The notes below the pieces were generated by a model. That model was given only the letters and a program-made list of their open reading frames with translations, did not search any database and was not told the origin of the DNA. Positions 39,071 through 50,056 of a stretch of DNA of 64,000 bases are shown piece after piece. Source of the DNA: Nanobdellati archaeon. Its GTDB lineage: Archaea > EX4484-52 > GLR71. Both the position numbers and the translations under genes were made by a program. Within the stretch, counting starts at the first letter, position 1; every line of letters starts with the position of its first letter. The stretch is taken from NCBI GenBank assembly GCA_019429125.1, contig JAHYJO010000001.1, positions 7,088 through 71,087 on the forward strand, written 5' to 3'.

Positions 39071-39293
39071 TTAATTAATTTGGTTGGATATGTGGGTTAT
39101 AAATTGGTAAACACTTAAGAGGGTGAATTTGAGGAGATGGATAGGTCTGTTTTTACAGTCTTTGCAAATTGTATCTTTACAAGTTTTTGTGTATAGATAA
39201 TCTTATTTATTGAGGAGCGGTCTTATCTTGTTTGTTATGTCTTCTGATTTTTCTATTAATTGTCATCTTGTTTGTTATAATTTTTATAGAAAT

Positions 39294-41075
39294 TTAAAGT
39301 TCCTCATCATGTGTTCGAGTATATCTGTTCCAAACTGTCCTGAATATTTTTGAGTCTTTTATCAGGTCGGCAAATGATCCGTTTGCAATAACTTTTCCGT
39401 CATGGAAATAGTATATCATGTCAAACATGGGCAGGAGATGAAGCCTGTGGATGGATGATATGATTGTCCTGTCACTGAATTCATTGAATATATTTTTGTA
39501 GATGTCAATTTCGTTTTTTGAGTCCACACTGCTAGTTGGCTCGTCAAGTAATATGATTGATTTGTCTTTACAGGCCATAAGACCTCGTGCTAGTGCAAGG
39601 CGCTGTTTCTCGCCACCACTTAAATTGACGCCTTTTTCAACAATTGAAGATTCTAGTTTATTTGGTAGGCGCTCGAGGACATCTGTGAAACGGGCCAGGT
39701 CTGTGTATTTTTTTATTTCTTCTTTGCTGTGTTTTACACCCATCGTTATGTTCTCTTTTATGGTTGTTGAAAATATTTCTGGGTCTTGTGGGATGAGCGC
39801 AATTGATGAGCTTATGTCTCTGAAATTGTTTTTAAGGTGTTTTCCGTCAACTGATAAGTCTACATGTTGAGGTCTATATAATTGCCGTATAATTTTTAGT
39901 AATGTGGTCTTTCCGCTACCGCTCTCACCTATGAGCGCTATCCTTTTTCCGTTCTCAATCGATAAAGATATGTTGTCTAGGTGCTGGTCGCAACATTCTT
40001 TATTGCTGTATGAGAATGTCAGGTTTTCTATTTTTAGTTCTTGCCAGTCTTTTTTTATCAGTTTAATTTCATGAACCTTTATCTTTTCAAATTCGTCTGA
40101 TATCTCCTCAGCATTCATGACTGCAGTTCTTTCACGGACTATATCACCGTAGCGGTAGGCGAACCTGAAAAATAGTTGGTTTATCTTGTTCACATAGCCG
40201 TAAAGTGCGAATATGCTACCTACAAGCACTGTCGTGCCGGACCTTAAGCTGAAATATATGTAAGTTGCAAGGACTAGAAATTTCATTAGCGATGTGCATG
40301 TGGATACGAGGAACCATTTGGTCTCGTTTAATTTATGGTTTCGTACGAAAAGTTTGAAAGGTTCCATGATGCTTTTAAATACTGATTTTGAAATTAGGTT
40401 TTCAGTACGCAATATTATAACTGTTGTTATGTTGCTTATGGTGTCATATATCTTTTCGGATATTTTGTTTTCAGAATGGTTCAATTTTATATATTGTTTT
40501 ATGAGTGTCTTGTCAAATTTGAGAATTATGTTTAAGGTTATTATTACTATGAAAAGTACGATGTAGCTTGAATGAAGATTGAAATATATAAGCGCTATGT
40601 AGGAACCTATGAATCTTATAAGTGTCTCTATAACTTCATAGGTGTTTGAGGAATATTTGTATAGTGCGTCTGTGGACTTATTGATTTTATCTATGGTGTC
40701 TCCTGAATGATGGTCTGTGTGCCATTTTGCATGTAAGGACATTGTGCCGTTAAGAAGGTATTTTTTGTAGTTTGCGCGAACCAAAAATGCGTTTCTGTAT
40801 TCTAGGATACGGGCGGGACCGTGGAATATCCAGAATATGATGGAAAGTACTACGAAGAGGAACAAGTAAAATATGATAGTGTTAAAGTTGGTTGCGCTCA
40901 ATCCTTCGAGCTGTATAGTATTTAGGATTTTTGCGATTAGTAAAGGTTCAATCAGGTTCAGTATGTTTGCGATTATGAACATTATAAAATAGAGGATTAC
41001 CTGTTTTCTGTTGCCTTTTGAGTATTTCCACATGGTGCGGGTGAGGTAGATTACTGGGTTGTCTTTTATGGCCAT
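39294..41075 (-). CDS. ABC transporter, fused N-terminal permease and C-terminal ATP-binding domain (exporter type).
   Basis: About 6 TM helices, then Walker A GESGSGKTT, ABC signature LSGGEKQRLALAR, Walker B ILLDEPTSSVD. Confidence 0.85.
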   Translation of the reverse strand: MAIKDNPVIYLTRTMWKYSKGNRKQVILYFIMFIIANILNLIEPLLIAKILNTIQLEGLSATNFNTIIFYLFLFVVLSIIFWIFHGPARILEYRNAFLVRANYKKYLLNGTMSLHAKWHTDHHSGDTIDKINKSTDALYKYSSNTYEVIETLIRFIGSYIALIYFNLHSSYIVLFIVIITLNIILKFDKTLIKQYIKLNHSENKISEKIYDTISNITTVIILRTENLISKSVFKSIMEPFKLFVRNHKLNETKWFLVSTCTSLMKFLVLATYIYFSLRSGTTVLVGSIFALYGYVNKINQLFFRFAYRYGDIVRERTAVMNAEEISDEFEKIKVHEIKLIKKDWQELKIENLTFSYSNKECCDQHLDNISLSIENGKRIALIGESGSGKTTLLKIIRQLYRPQHVDLSVDGKHLKNNFRDISSSIALIPQDPEIFSTTIKENITMGVKHSKEEIKKYTDLARFTDVLERLPNKLESSIVEKGVNLSGGEKQRLALARGLMACKDKSIILLDEPTSSVDSKNEIDIYKNIFNEFSDRTIISSIHRLHLLPMFDMIYYFHDGKVIANGSFADLIKDSKIFRTVWNRYTRTHDEEL

Positions 41076-41178
41076 GTTTTATAATTTGTATTTTGGTTTA
41101 AATATATTTGTATATTGTTTTGTTTTTTGAGGGTTTTTACAAAATTAATTTAAAACTATGTTACCATTTTAATATTAA

Positions 41179-41526
41179 GTGATAATTATGATGCCAGGAA
41201 TGAATCCGAAACAGATGAAAAACATGATGAAGCAGATGGGTATGCAGATGGTTGAGATAAAGGCGTCTGAAGTTGTAATCAAGTGCGCAGACAAAGAAAT
41301 AATAATAATAAATCCGCAGGTTTCAAAAGTTAAGGCAATGGGTCAGGAAACGTTTCAGATTGTAGGTGACATCTCTGAAAGGTCTTTTGTGCCTGTCGAA
41401 AAGTTTACGCAGTCGGATGTCCATATAGTTGTTGATCAGACTGGGGTTTCTGAAGAGAAAGCGCGCACAGCACTTGAAGAGACAGACGGTGACCTTGCGG
41501 AAGCCATAATGAAAGTTCAGGAATAA
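41179..41526 (+). CDS. nac: Nascent polypeptide-associated complex protein (archaeal NAC-alpha).
   Basis: 115 aa. MPGMNPKQMKNMMKQMGMQM... NAC domain plus C-terminal UBA-like EEKARTALEETDGDLAEAIMKVQE. Confidence 0.75.
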   Translation: MIIMMPGMNPKQMKNMMKQMGMQMVEIKASEVVIKCADKEIIIINPQVSKVKAMGQETFQIVGDISERSFVPVEKFTQSDVHIVVDQTGVSEEKARTALEETDGDLAEAIMKVQE

Positions 41527-41818
41527 ATTTGATTGTGATTTGAGTGAGTGGTTTAAAGGCTAGTGTATATGGGTTTGTTCGCGGACCTTCTGGTATGGTT
41601 GATTCAATAACTGATGAGGATATCAATAAGTATCTGGAATGTGGGACTGATTTTTATTTAAAGGTCAGGTGTTATCTTGACAGGTGTCTTGGAATACCTT
41701 TAGTTACTATATATGATTCTCCGAAAATATATGAAGCAATAAAAGATTGTTGAGATTCTGATTTATTTAGGTATTGATTTAAATATTTTAGGAGATATAC
41801 TGTATTATTGGTGATGAT

Positions 41819-42190
41819 ATGGATGTTGTATGTACTGAGGAGTTAACATTAAAAGAAGCATATATGCAGGATCTTGGATATTCAACTAAGGGTGCTGTGT
41901 CTCAATATGCTGTTGATTATTCTTGTGCTATGCCTTGTTTTCAATCGCGAGATAAACAAGAATATAGTGGGGAATCTGTCTGGTTTGAAATTCCGATGTG
42001 TCCAGAGACTTTTGAAGATGCATACACACGAGAATATTTAGACTCTTTATTACCTTATCAATCTGAAGAGTATTGGTCAAAATTTATGCCTTTGCTTTTG
42101 GAGGAGATAAGACAGAATATATGCGATGCTACTGAAAGAGCTGAAAAATGGCAAAATAATGCTCTTCCATATTCTGTTAGGTGTGGTTAG
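41819..42190 (+). CDS. Hypothetical protein (123 aa).
   Basis: ORF only. Confidence 0.35.
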   Translation: MDVVCTEELTLKEAYMQDLGYSTKGAVSQYAVDYSCAMPCFQSRDKQEYSGESVWFEIPMCPETFEDAYTREYLDSLLPYQSEEYWSKFMPLLLEEIRQNICDATERAEKWQNNALPYSVRCG

Positions 42191-42500
42191 AAATAATCAT
42201 GTTTTATATATAATCATTCTTTTAATTATCTTAGTCTTTACAAAATTATTTTTTCTCTTTAAGTTTTGATATTGTTGTTCTTTTATGTGTTCTAGAAAGG
42301 TTATTAAGTGTTTATACACCATTATATTGTAGTTTAAGGGGTGAATTTGTATGTCAAAACACGATATTCCAAAGAATCCGTTAGTAACTGCGGTTATGGA
42401 TTTGACTAATTATTGAATTAAACAGTTAAATGTTGGTCATAATAATACAATAGGGATTGTTTTAGACCAACAACGACAATTTATAGACGGATTATTTAAG

Positions 42501-43130
42501 TTGTCTAATCAAATCAATAAATATAATGAGAACCTAGATGCATCTCTTTTGATTAAAGGCGAAAGTCCCATTTATATTGCATCTTTGTGTGATAGTGCAA
42601 ATAAAAAATTAGCTTATTTAGAATTTGATAAAAAACGTGAATACAATTCTTTTGATTCAATCCCTTTGGTAATCAATGCGGGATTGTCTGCTGTTTTTAA
42701 CAGTGTTAATCTTGATGAACTTTATATTACAATAAAGAAAGAGCTATGTTACAGTGGGGATTATTATGTTGATGAGCCTGCTGAAATAATTGAACATAAA
42801 GAACCTCAAGATATTCCAATATTTAAGTTACTGGATGAGCTTTGTTTGTATATTGATAATTATTCTAATACTGATGATAAATTTGAGAATGTTGTAAATC
42901 ATTTGGGTGCTGGGTTTTCATTTAATTTAGATATGAGCCTGTATCTGCAGGCAATTTTAAAGGAGTATGATATGGATTTGATATCAATTGTGGGGTCTGT
43001 TGATAAAAAAGAATTGTATATAAAATTGACTAATCGGGATTATGAAATGATTAGGGAGTTGTTTAAGGTATCTAATGAAAATGACTTTAGTAATTTTAAT
43101 ATTATTTTGTATAAAGAAAGGTTCAAGTAG
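42501..43130 (+). CDS. Hypothetical protein (209 aa), TTG start.
   Basis: ORF only. No in-frame ATG upstream. Confidence 0.4.
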   Translation: MSNQINKYNENLDASLLIKGESPIYIASLCDSANKKLAYLEFDKKREYNSFDSIPLVINAGLSAVFNSVNLDELYITIKKELCYSGDYYVDEPAEIIEHKEPQDIPIFKLLDELCLYIDNYSNTDDKFENVVNHLGAGFSFNLDMSLYLQAILKEYDMDLISIVGSVDKKELYIKLTNRDYEMIRELFKVSNENDFSNFNIILYKERFK

Positions 43131-43133
43131 TTT

Positions 43134-43784
43134 TTATCTTAATTTTCTTTTTACTATCTTTGTCCTTGTGAAATCTTCTCGAGCGCGTTCGTCAAGTTTA
43201 GATATTATCATCCTCTTGTCATTGTTGAGGGATGGGATGATGTAGTCTTCAAGCGCTGTTACCTTGCGTCTTGTATTTGCAATCTCTTTCTTTAATATTC
43301 TTGAGTTTGAGTCGATTTCGCCAACTTTTAGAATTAATGGTAAAGTATCCTCAAAAAGTGTTGCTGTGCCGTCAAGCGTGGCATCTGAGTCTGTGATGCT
43401 ATAGCCACGTTCAAGGATTTTTCTTGAGTAGTCGGGGGCATTGATCTTTAACAGGTTGACACCCATTATTTTTTTTTCTGTGAGGTCTGTGTTTTTTGCT
43501 TTCTGGACGGATGCACCCAAGTATCGTGTCTCTATGTGACCTAAGCTTACTTGCGCATCTTTTAATATGTTAAATGCTTCAGTCATCTTTTTTTGCATGG
43601 TTTCTTTTTTTTGTATACTGTCTTTTGACATTGAGAAATATTCAAGTATTAATGCTTCGTTTTTTTCTTCAAGAAGTGTGTGGCCGGTTCTGCTCAGGTC
43701 AAGTGTTTCACTTATTCGTTTTAGTTCAGTTCGTGTAGGTTTTGATTGTTCTCTAATCATGTCGTTCATACCAGAATCTTTCAA
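43134..43784 (-). CDS. atpD: A/V-type ATP synthase subunit D.
   Basis: 216 aa. N-terminal ...PTRTELKRISETLDLSRTGHTLLEEKNEALILEY pattern. Overlaps atpB. Confidence 0.8.
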   Translation of the reverse strand: MKDSGMNDMIREQSKPTRTELKRISETLDLSRTGHTLLEEKNEALILEYFSMSKDSIQKKETMQKKMTEAFNILKDAQVSLGHIETRYLGASVQKAKNTDLTEKKIMGVNLLKINAPDYSRKILERGYSITDSDATLDGTATLFEDTLPLILKVGEIDSNSRILKKEIANTRRKVTALEDYIIPSLNNDKRMIISKLDERAREDFTRTKIVKRKLR

Positions 43785-45108
43785 TTATGTCTTTGTCAAT
43801 TTTTGTTAGTTCTTCTTTTGGAAGAATCTTCAGTAGTTTCCAGCCAAGGTCAAGGGTGTCTCTAATACTTCTTTTTTGGTTCTGGCTTATGAATTCCCTG
43901 TCAATTGCGGTCTTGAATTTGAGATATTTTTTGTCAATGTCAGTTAGTGCGTCTTCACCTATTATGGCTTTTAATTGTTCAAGTTTTTTTCCTCGCGTGT
44001 AGAATGCATAAATTTGGTCTGATACAGCTTTATGGTCTTCTCGTGTCTTATCTAATCCTATGCCATGGTGCATCATTCTTGAAAGTGAGGGTATGATATC
44101 TATCGGAGGGAAGATGTTTTGCCTGTGAAGAGCGGGTGATAAGAGTATCTGGCCTTCTGTGATGTATCCTGTTAAATCAGGTATGGGGTGCGTGATGTCA
44201 CCTTCGGGCATGGTGAGAATAGGAATCTGGGTAATTGAACCTTTCTTGTCTTTTATTCTGCCTGTTCTTTCATAGATTGATGCTAAGTCTGAATAAAGGT
44301 ATGGAGGGTAACCTCGTCTGCTTGGTACTTCTTCTTTTGATGCGGATATCTCTCTTAGTGCATTTGCGTAGTTTGTCATGTCTGAAAGTATGACCACTAC
44401 GTTTCGGTCTTGTTCCCATGCGAAATATTCGGCAGTTGCAAGTGCTGCGCGAGGGGTGACTATACGTTCTATTACAGGGTCGCCTGCAAGGTTGGCAAAG
44501 ACTATTATGTTTTCCAGCGCTCCTGTCTTTTCAAATTCTGAGACAAAATAGTTCAGTTCGTCATTTGTGACGCCTATTGCTGCAAATATTACAAGATCAG
44601 ATTTTATGTTTTTGGCTATGTCTGCGGCTAGCTTGTTGTGGGGCATGCCGTTCTCTGAGAAGATGGGCAGTTTCTGTCCTCTGACAAGACTTAAGAGTCC
44701 GTCAATTGAGGACAGACCTGTTTCTATGAATTTGTTGGGTACATCGCGCGAGGAGGGGTTTATAGGGTTGCCGTTTATGCTTATTTTTTGGTTAGGTATG
44801 AATTTCATACTTTTTGGTCTTCCAAGACCGTCAAAGATGCCACCTACCATGTCAGGCCCCACACCAATTGTGAAACTTTTGCCTAAGAACCGTATCTTTG
44901 TGCCTTTGGTGTCAATGTCTTGCGTGCCTTCAAAGACTTCGATTATTGCCAAGTCATCTTTTAGTTCAAGTACCTGCCCAGTACGTTCTGTGCCGTCTTC
45001 AAGTATGATCTTGACCAGTTCATGGTATCTTGCGCCGTTTATGCCTTCGGCTATAATCAGAGGTCCTGCAACTTTAGTTATGGTCTCGTATTCTTTCAAG
45101 TTATTCAC
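43753..45108 (-). CDS. atpB: A/V-type ATP synthase subunit B.
   Basis: 451 aa. Typical B-subunit sequence (…TKVAGPLIIAEG…, SRRGYPPYLYSDLASIYERTG). Confidence 0.9.
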   Translation of the reverse strand: MNNLKEYETITKVAGPLIIAEGINGARYHELVKIILEDGTERTGQVLELKDDLAIIEVFEGTQDIDTKGTKIRFLGKSFTIGVGPDMVGGIFDGLGRPKSMKFIPNQKISINGNPINPSSRDVPNKFIETGLSSIDGLLSLVRGQKLPIFSENGMPHNKLAADIAKNIKSDLVIFAAIGVTNDELNYFVSEFEKTGALENIIVFANLAGDPVIERIVTPRAALATAEYFAWEQDRNVVVILSDMTNYANALREISASKEEVPSRRGYPPYLYSDLASIYERTGRIKDKKGSITQIPILTMPEGDITHPIPDLTGYITEGQILLSPALHRQNIFPPIDIIPSLSRMMHHGIGLDKTREDHKAVSDQIYAFYTRGKKLEQLKAIIGEDALTDIDKKYLKFKTAIDREFISQNQKRSIRDTLDLGWKLLKILPKEELTKIDKDIIERFWYERHD

Positions 45109-46837
45109 CTTTATCTAAAAGGTCGTCAAGGTCTATCATGTCGGTTTTACCTAACAGTGTTTCTTCAATTTTTCGTGTTAGTGCGCCAAATTCGTATCTT
45201 TTTTCAAATTTCATGCCGGCAATATTTTCAATGAGGTCTGTGTCTAATATATCTTTTAATTCTTTGTCGTGTTCAAGTGCTATAAGTCCCATTTCATAGT
45301 AGATTGCAAATATCTTTAGCATCTCGTATTGCTTATCAAATCTACAGTACATGTCAACTTCGTGGAATGCGCTCTGTTGTAGGAAATTTTCGCGGAACAG
45401 TTCTGCAACTTTTAATAAGAACCGGTCTTTGTCTTCCAAGCCTTCATAACCTACAAGACGGACTATTTTTTCCAGTTCTTTTTCGTTTTGTAGTATTGTC
45501 ATGAGTAAGTCTCGTAGTTCTGACCAGTCTTCGTAATTGTCGTCATTTATCTTTTTTAGGTCGTCTGTGTAATGTGAATAGCTTTCAAGCCAGTCAATGG
45601 CTGGGTAGTGGCGCATGTAGGCAAGGTCGCTTCTTAGTGCCCAGAAACAGCGGGTTATACTTTTTGTGGCCTGAACTACAGGTTCTGAAAAGTCACCTCC
45701 TGGGGGGGATACTGTACCCATGATGGTTAGGCTGCCAACGTTATCGTTTAATGTTTTTACAATGCCTGACCGTTCATAGAATGATGTTATTTTAGAGGCA
45801 AGGTATGCAGGATAACCTTCGTCACCAGGCATTTCTTCAAGCATGCCTGATATTTCTCTGACTGCTTCGGCCCAACGTGATGTTGAGTCAGCAATGAGTA
45901 GAACGTTTAAGCCCATGTCACGGTAATATTCGCCTATTGTTGTTGCAAGGTATATGCTTGAGATTCTGGCTGAGACTGGCATGTTTGAGGTGTTTGCAAT
46001 TATTATGCTTCTTTCCATTATGCTTTTTCCGGTTTTAATATCTTTTATTTTCGGGAAGCTTGAGAGGACGTCTGCACATTCGTTGCCACGCTCACCAACA
46101 AGTGCCATGATGACTATGTCGGCGTCTGCGAATTTGGCTATGGTCTGTGTGGTTATGGTCTTTCCACAACCGAACCCGCCAGGGATTGCGGCACAACCAC
46201 CTTTTGCGATGGGAAACATGGTGTCTATTACTCTCTGACCTGTAATTAGCATGTCTTTCGGTGTATATTTTTTCTTGAATGGTCTTTTTGTGTAGACGGG
46301 CCAGGTGATCTGCATGGTAAGGTCTAATGTCTTGTCTTTGGTTTTTAATGTTCCGAAAATGTCTGTCACTGTGTAATTGCCGTCTTTTATTTTTATTGTG
46401 CCATCAGTTGTCGCAAATATCTTGTGGGTGATGTTGTCTGTCTCTTTTACTTCAGCTATTATGTCGCCTTTGTTTACGGGACCGTCTTTTGTTTTTTTAA
46501 GGTTCCATATTGTTTTTTGGTTTAGTGGGTCTTTTGAAATGCCTTTTTCTATGAATTGGTTCATGTCTTTCAGTGGTCTTTGGAGACCGTCAAATATACT
46601 TCCTATTAGTCCCGGGCCTAAAGTTGCGGTAATCTGTGTGCCTACTGATTTTACAGGGTCACCAATTTTTAGTCCGTCTGTCTCTTCAAATGCCTGGATT
46701 ATGGCTTTACTATTTTCTAGTTTTATGATTTCACCTATCAGTTTCTCGTTTCCTATGAGTACTTTTGAGTTCATCTTTGCGTTTTCAAGGTCTCTTGCTT
46801 CAATTATGTGACCTGCAATCCGTGTTATTTTTCCCAT
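45101..46837 (-). CDS. atpA: A/V-type ATP synthase catalytic subunit A.
   Basis: 578 aa. P-loop GGFGCGKT and typical A-subunit conservation. 8-nt overlap with atpB. Confidence 0.9.
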   Translation of the reverse strand: MGKITRIAGHIIEARDLENAKMNSKVLIGNEKLIGEIIKLENSKAIIQAFEETDGLKIGDPVKSVGTQITATLGPGLIGSIFDGLQRPLKDMNQFIEKGISKDPLNQKTIWNLKKTKDGPVNKGDIIAEVKETDNITHKIFATTDGTIKIKDGNYTVTDIFGTLKTKDKTLDLTMQITWPVYTKRPFKKKYTPKDMLITGQRVIDTMFPIAKGGCAAIPGGFGCGKTITTQTIAKFADADIVIMALVGERGNECADVLSSFPKIKDIKTGKSIMERSIIIANTSNMPVSARISSIYLATTIGEYYRDMGLNVLLIADSTSRWAEAVREISGMLEEMPGDEGYPAYLASKITSFYERSGIVKTLNDNVGSLTIMGTVSPPGGDFSEPVVQATKSITRCFWALRSDLAYMRHYPAIDWLESYSHYTDDLKKINDDNYEDWSELRDLLMTILQNEKELEKIVRLVGYEGLEDKDRFLLKVAELFRENFLQQSAFHEVDMYCRFDKQYEMLKIFAIYYEMGLIALEHDKELKDILDTDLIENIAGMKFEKRYEFGALTRKIEETLLGKTDMIDLDDLLDKGE

Positions 46838-46850
46838 CGGTATTTCCTCA

Positions 46851-47048
46851 TCAATCTAGTTTGATTATAATTTTCCCCTCATCTTCAAGAGTTTCCAGTT
46901 CTTCGGTGAATCTGTCTGCATTAGTCTTGTCTACTATGAATATCTTTTCATCTTTTGCGTCTTTAGGGTTGTCGTAACTGTTTTTAATGCCTGCAAGGTT
47001 GAAACCGGTGACGGTATCTTTAGTGCCTATAATGCATATCATTTCCAA
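46851..47048 (-). CDS. atpF: A/V-type ATP synthase subunit F (short, 65 aa).
   Basis: N-terminal ICIIGTKDTVTGFNLAGI motif. Overlaps atpC. Confidence 0.6.
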   Translation of the reverse strand: MEMICIIGTKDTVTGFNLAGIKNSYDNPKDAKDEKIFIVDKTNADRFTEELETLEDEGKIIIKLD

Positions 47049-47845
47049 ACACTTCTTAAAACGCTCTTTATTAGTTTTGTTTCCATCTCTTTTCTGAACA
47101 TGAACTCAATGTAGAGGCCGATGCCGAATGGGTCAGACATTAGTTGCTGTCTTGCGCGGGCTTCAAGAGTTTTTTGTGAGGTATTTTCGTTGTTATCCTT
47201 GTTGAAGAGGTATGGCTCGGCGCAGTCTTTGCCCAACCTTGATATTGTTTTTTGGTCTATCATTTGTTTGTATGTTTTCACGAAATTTCGGATAGGCTCG
47301 GTTGATATCTTTTCAAGTTCTGCCATGTATCTTTTGTCTAGTGCGTGTTCAAGGTCGGATATTTTTTGTGTCTTTTTATAATTTGTCAAACCTTCCTTAT
47401 ATGCTTGATACCAGAGGGTGTCTTCAAGGCTATTTTCTAGTGTGTTTAGGTCTTTTAGGGTGTCTGAGATATTGTAGATTGCGCCGTAAGCGGTTAGGTC
47501 TTTTTGTATTTGGGTTATGGGTATGTTTGCGCTTAGGCCACGGATTATCAGTTTCAAGTTTTGGAGATCAAATCTGATTAGGTATCGTTTGAAGTCGTCA
47601 GAGTAGCGTTTAGGTAGAAATCCTGTTACTTTGATTAGGTTTTGTATGAGCGCATTGTTTAGGTTTGCTTCAATTTCTTCTAGGTCAGTTGAGGCAAACA
47701 TGGATTCGTATGTTGTGTCTTCAAGGTGTGTGATTAGTTCTTCTTTGGATTTTGCTGTCTGGGTTTCGGTTTTTGTTTCTGGTTTTAAGAGTTTGGAACG
47801 TAGGACGCGGACTCTTGCCGATGCGTATTCAAGGTCAAATATCAT
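47039..47845 (-). CDS. atpC: A/V-type ATP synthase subunit C (268 aa, shorter than typical).
   Basis: Position in the operon and general helical C-subunit-like sequence. Confidence 0.55.
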   Translation of the reverse strand: MIFDLEYASARVRVLRSKLLKPETKTETQTAKSKEELITHLEDTTYESMFASTDLEEIEANLNNALIQNLIKVTGFLPKRYSDDFKRYLIRFDLQNLKLIIRGLSANIPITQIQKDLTAYGAIYNISDTLKDLNTLENSLEDTLWYQAYKEGLTNYKKTQKISDLEHALDKRYMAELEKISTEPIRNFVKTYKQMIDQKTISRLGKDCAEPYLFNKDNNENTSQKTLEARARQQLMSDPFGIGLYIEFMFRKEMETKLIKSVLRSVWK

Positions 47846-48022
47846 GTGTATCTTAAGAATTAATTGGGGGCGGGTGGTATATATAGGGGGTGTGGTTTGG
47901 CATTGTTTAAGATATGAGTGATTTTGAATATTTTTTAATATTGTTTGTTTATAAACTTTTTCAAGGTTCTAAGTTTACTAAAGTAGTATTGAAATAGGGG
48001 TATCAAATAGGTAGATATCTTT

Positions 48023-48679
48023 ATGAGCAATATAAATATTATCATTTATAAGATTAAAATGATAATCAATGGTATGATTAAAGCAATCATATTTGATTTT
48101 GATGGTGTTATACATGATACTTTTGAGTTTCATAGGTCTAAATTGAAAGAGTTTACAGGGCATGAGGTATCAGAAAAAAGTTATAGGGATATTCATGACG
48201 GTAATTTCTATGAGCATAAAGGTAATGCGTTTACAAATACTGACTGGGATGGGTATGTTAAGTTTATACATCTTGAACAATCGGCACTGAAGATAAAGGT
48301 TGATATTCGGCAAGTGCTGATTGAATTGAATAAAAAGTATGAACTTTTTATCATATCGTCTGGGTGCGCAAAAAATATTTCTGCTTATCTTGGTAATAAT
48401 GGTATATCGAAGATATTTACTGAGGTTTTAGGTTTTGAGAATCATAGATCTAAAGTTGAGAAGTTCAAGATGTTGTTTGATAAGTATAGACTTTGTCATG
48501 ATAATTGCATATTTATAACTGATACGTTGGGCGACATACTGGAAGCCAACAAGGTTGGTGTTGAGACTGTAGCTGTTGATTTTGGGTTCCACTCTAAAGA
48601 ACGGTTAGAAAAAGGAAATCCATATAAGATTATTTCTTGTTTCAGGGAGATTATACCTGTTATTGATGCTGGTTTCTGA
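48023..48679 (+). CDS. HAD-superfamily hydrolase (phosphatase or beta-phosphoglucomutase-like).
   Basis: Motif I IIFDFDGVIHDT, plus downstream HAD motifs. Confidence 0.7.
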   Translation: MSNINIIIYKIKMIINGMIKAIIFDFDGVIHDTFEFHRSKLKEFTGHEVSEKSYRDIHDGNFYEHKGNAFTNTDWDGYVKFIHLEQSALKIKVDIRQVLIELNKKYELFIISSGCAKNISAYLGNNGISKIFTEVLGFENHRSKVEKFKMLFDKYRLCHDNCIFITDTLGDILEANKVGVETVAVDFGFHSKERLEKGNPYKIISCFREIIPVIDAGF

Positions 48680-48917
48680 AATTTAAACATTTTTCACTAA
48701 ATAATATCATTTTTTAAAATTATTCTGTGCTTATTAACTACGTATGGATAAAATATTGAAAAAGTATATGAGTCAGGTTGTGATTGAAAATGCGGGGCCT
48801 GATACAACTGATAATGATGAGTTGGGTACTGATTATATATGTATGATTTTACGGATTCCTATAGCTATGCTTACTGAATATTAAAAGAATAAAAGAGAGG
48901 TTAAAGGTTCTCCTGAT

Positions 48918-49172
48918 TTGGTAGGATTTTGGAAAGATACGGGATTTTATGAGAAGTTGTGCATTATTGCAGAATGTGATTATAGGTATAATTTTGCAAT
49001 TGATGCTTTGGAATTTTTAGGTGGTGAAGTTAGTGGTAAATATCTTGGGATTTTAAATGATAAAACATTACGTGTGGAAATATGTGAGGAATGGTCTGAG
49101 GATTATAGATGTGCTTACACTTTAGATTCTTATCAAAAAACTTTTGATTATTTTGAAGAAGAGTTGTTTTAA
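48918..49172 (+). CDS. Hypothetical protein (84 aa).
   Basis: ORF only. Confidence 0.3.
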   Translation: MVGFWKDTGFYEKLCIIAECDYRYNFAIDALEFLGGEVSGKYLGILNDKTLRVEICEEWSEDYRCAYTLDSYQKTFDYFEEELF

Positions 49173-49375
49173 TTCTAGTTCTGGGCACTTTAAGAACTAT
49201 ATGGTTTCTAAAAAGGTTGTATAGTCTTTTATGTGCATACATATGGTTAAAAATTTAAAAAAGATTGATTTGCATAATAATTAGAATGTATATTTAAAAG
49301 TATTAGATTAGTTTTGTTCAGCATCAAATATACAGATGCTTAGAACCGATTTATATTTTAAATTATAGATATCAT

Positions 49376-50044
49376 TTAAATTATATCTATTTGATACTTT
49401 GCATTTTTATATACAATATCTTTGTATGCTATTGCATCTTCTTCTCTTGTGAAATACTGTGGAAAACTATTTATTTTTGGATTAAGATTTATGCCACCTG
49501 AATCAAGGCTGAATGTCTTATCTTTTTCAGAAGATAATATGTCTAAATCTTTAAGATGTAAAATGATTTGTGTATATAATTTAGAACCTGAGTATTTTTG
49601 AGTATCTATTGAATCTATAAGTTTCCATTTAACAGTTGCTTCTCCTTTATTAAATATTATAGGTTCTTTAACATCATTATATATTTTTTTGAATTCATCT
49701 ATGATTGATTGACAGCATTTTGTATCTATATCAATTCCACTATAGAAGGGGTTATAAAATGGTGGAGGGGTTTGGGTTTCATATTGTTTGGGTATTGGTA
49801 TGTTTAGTTCCTGTTCAAGATATAAAATTATTCTGTTATATAATTCGTTTGGGTCTGTCTGGTCTTTAAGCTCTATAGAATCTATTAGTTTCCAGTCAAC
49901 AATTGCTTTTCCTTTATCGAAGGTTATAGGTTCTGTGACATTATCATATATATTTTTGATGTTATCTAATACTGATTTACAACATGTTTTTTGTGTTGAA
50001 ATTCCGCAGTATATACTAATACTGGGCTTATATTTTTGAGGCAT
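49376..50044 (-). CDS. Hypothetical protein (222 aa) composed of two tandem ~80-aa CC-motif domains.
   Basis: Internal repeat: ...CCKSVLDNIKNIYDNVTEPITFDKGKAIVDWKLIDSIEL... and ...CCQSIIDEFKKIYNDVKEPIIFNKGEATVKWKLIDSIDT... Confidence 0.5.
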   Translation of the reverse strand: MPQKYKPSISIYCGISTQKTCCKSVLDNIKNIYDNVTEPITFDKGKAIVDWKLIDSIELKDQTDPNELYNRIILYLEQELNIPIPKQYETQTPPPFYNPFYSGIDIDTKCCQSIIDEFKKIYNDVKEPIIFNKGEATVKWKLIDSIDTQKYSGSKLYTQIILHLKDLDILSSEKDKTFSLDSGGINLNPKINSFPQYFTREEDAIAYKDIVYKNAKYQIDII

Positions 50045-50056
50045 ATATTAATTAGA

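Noticed and set aside
38076-40566. ORFs antisense to the TctA-like and ABC transporter genes (38076-38540, 39502-39870, 40294-40566)
   Set aside because: Embedded in well-supported minus-strand genes. Shadows.
44567-47921. Multiple + strand ORFs across atpB/atpA/atpC (for example 44567-45118, 45954-46238, 46377-46811, 47631-47921)
   Set aside because: Antisense to highly conserved ATPase subunit genes. Shadows.
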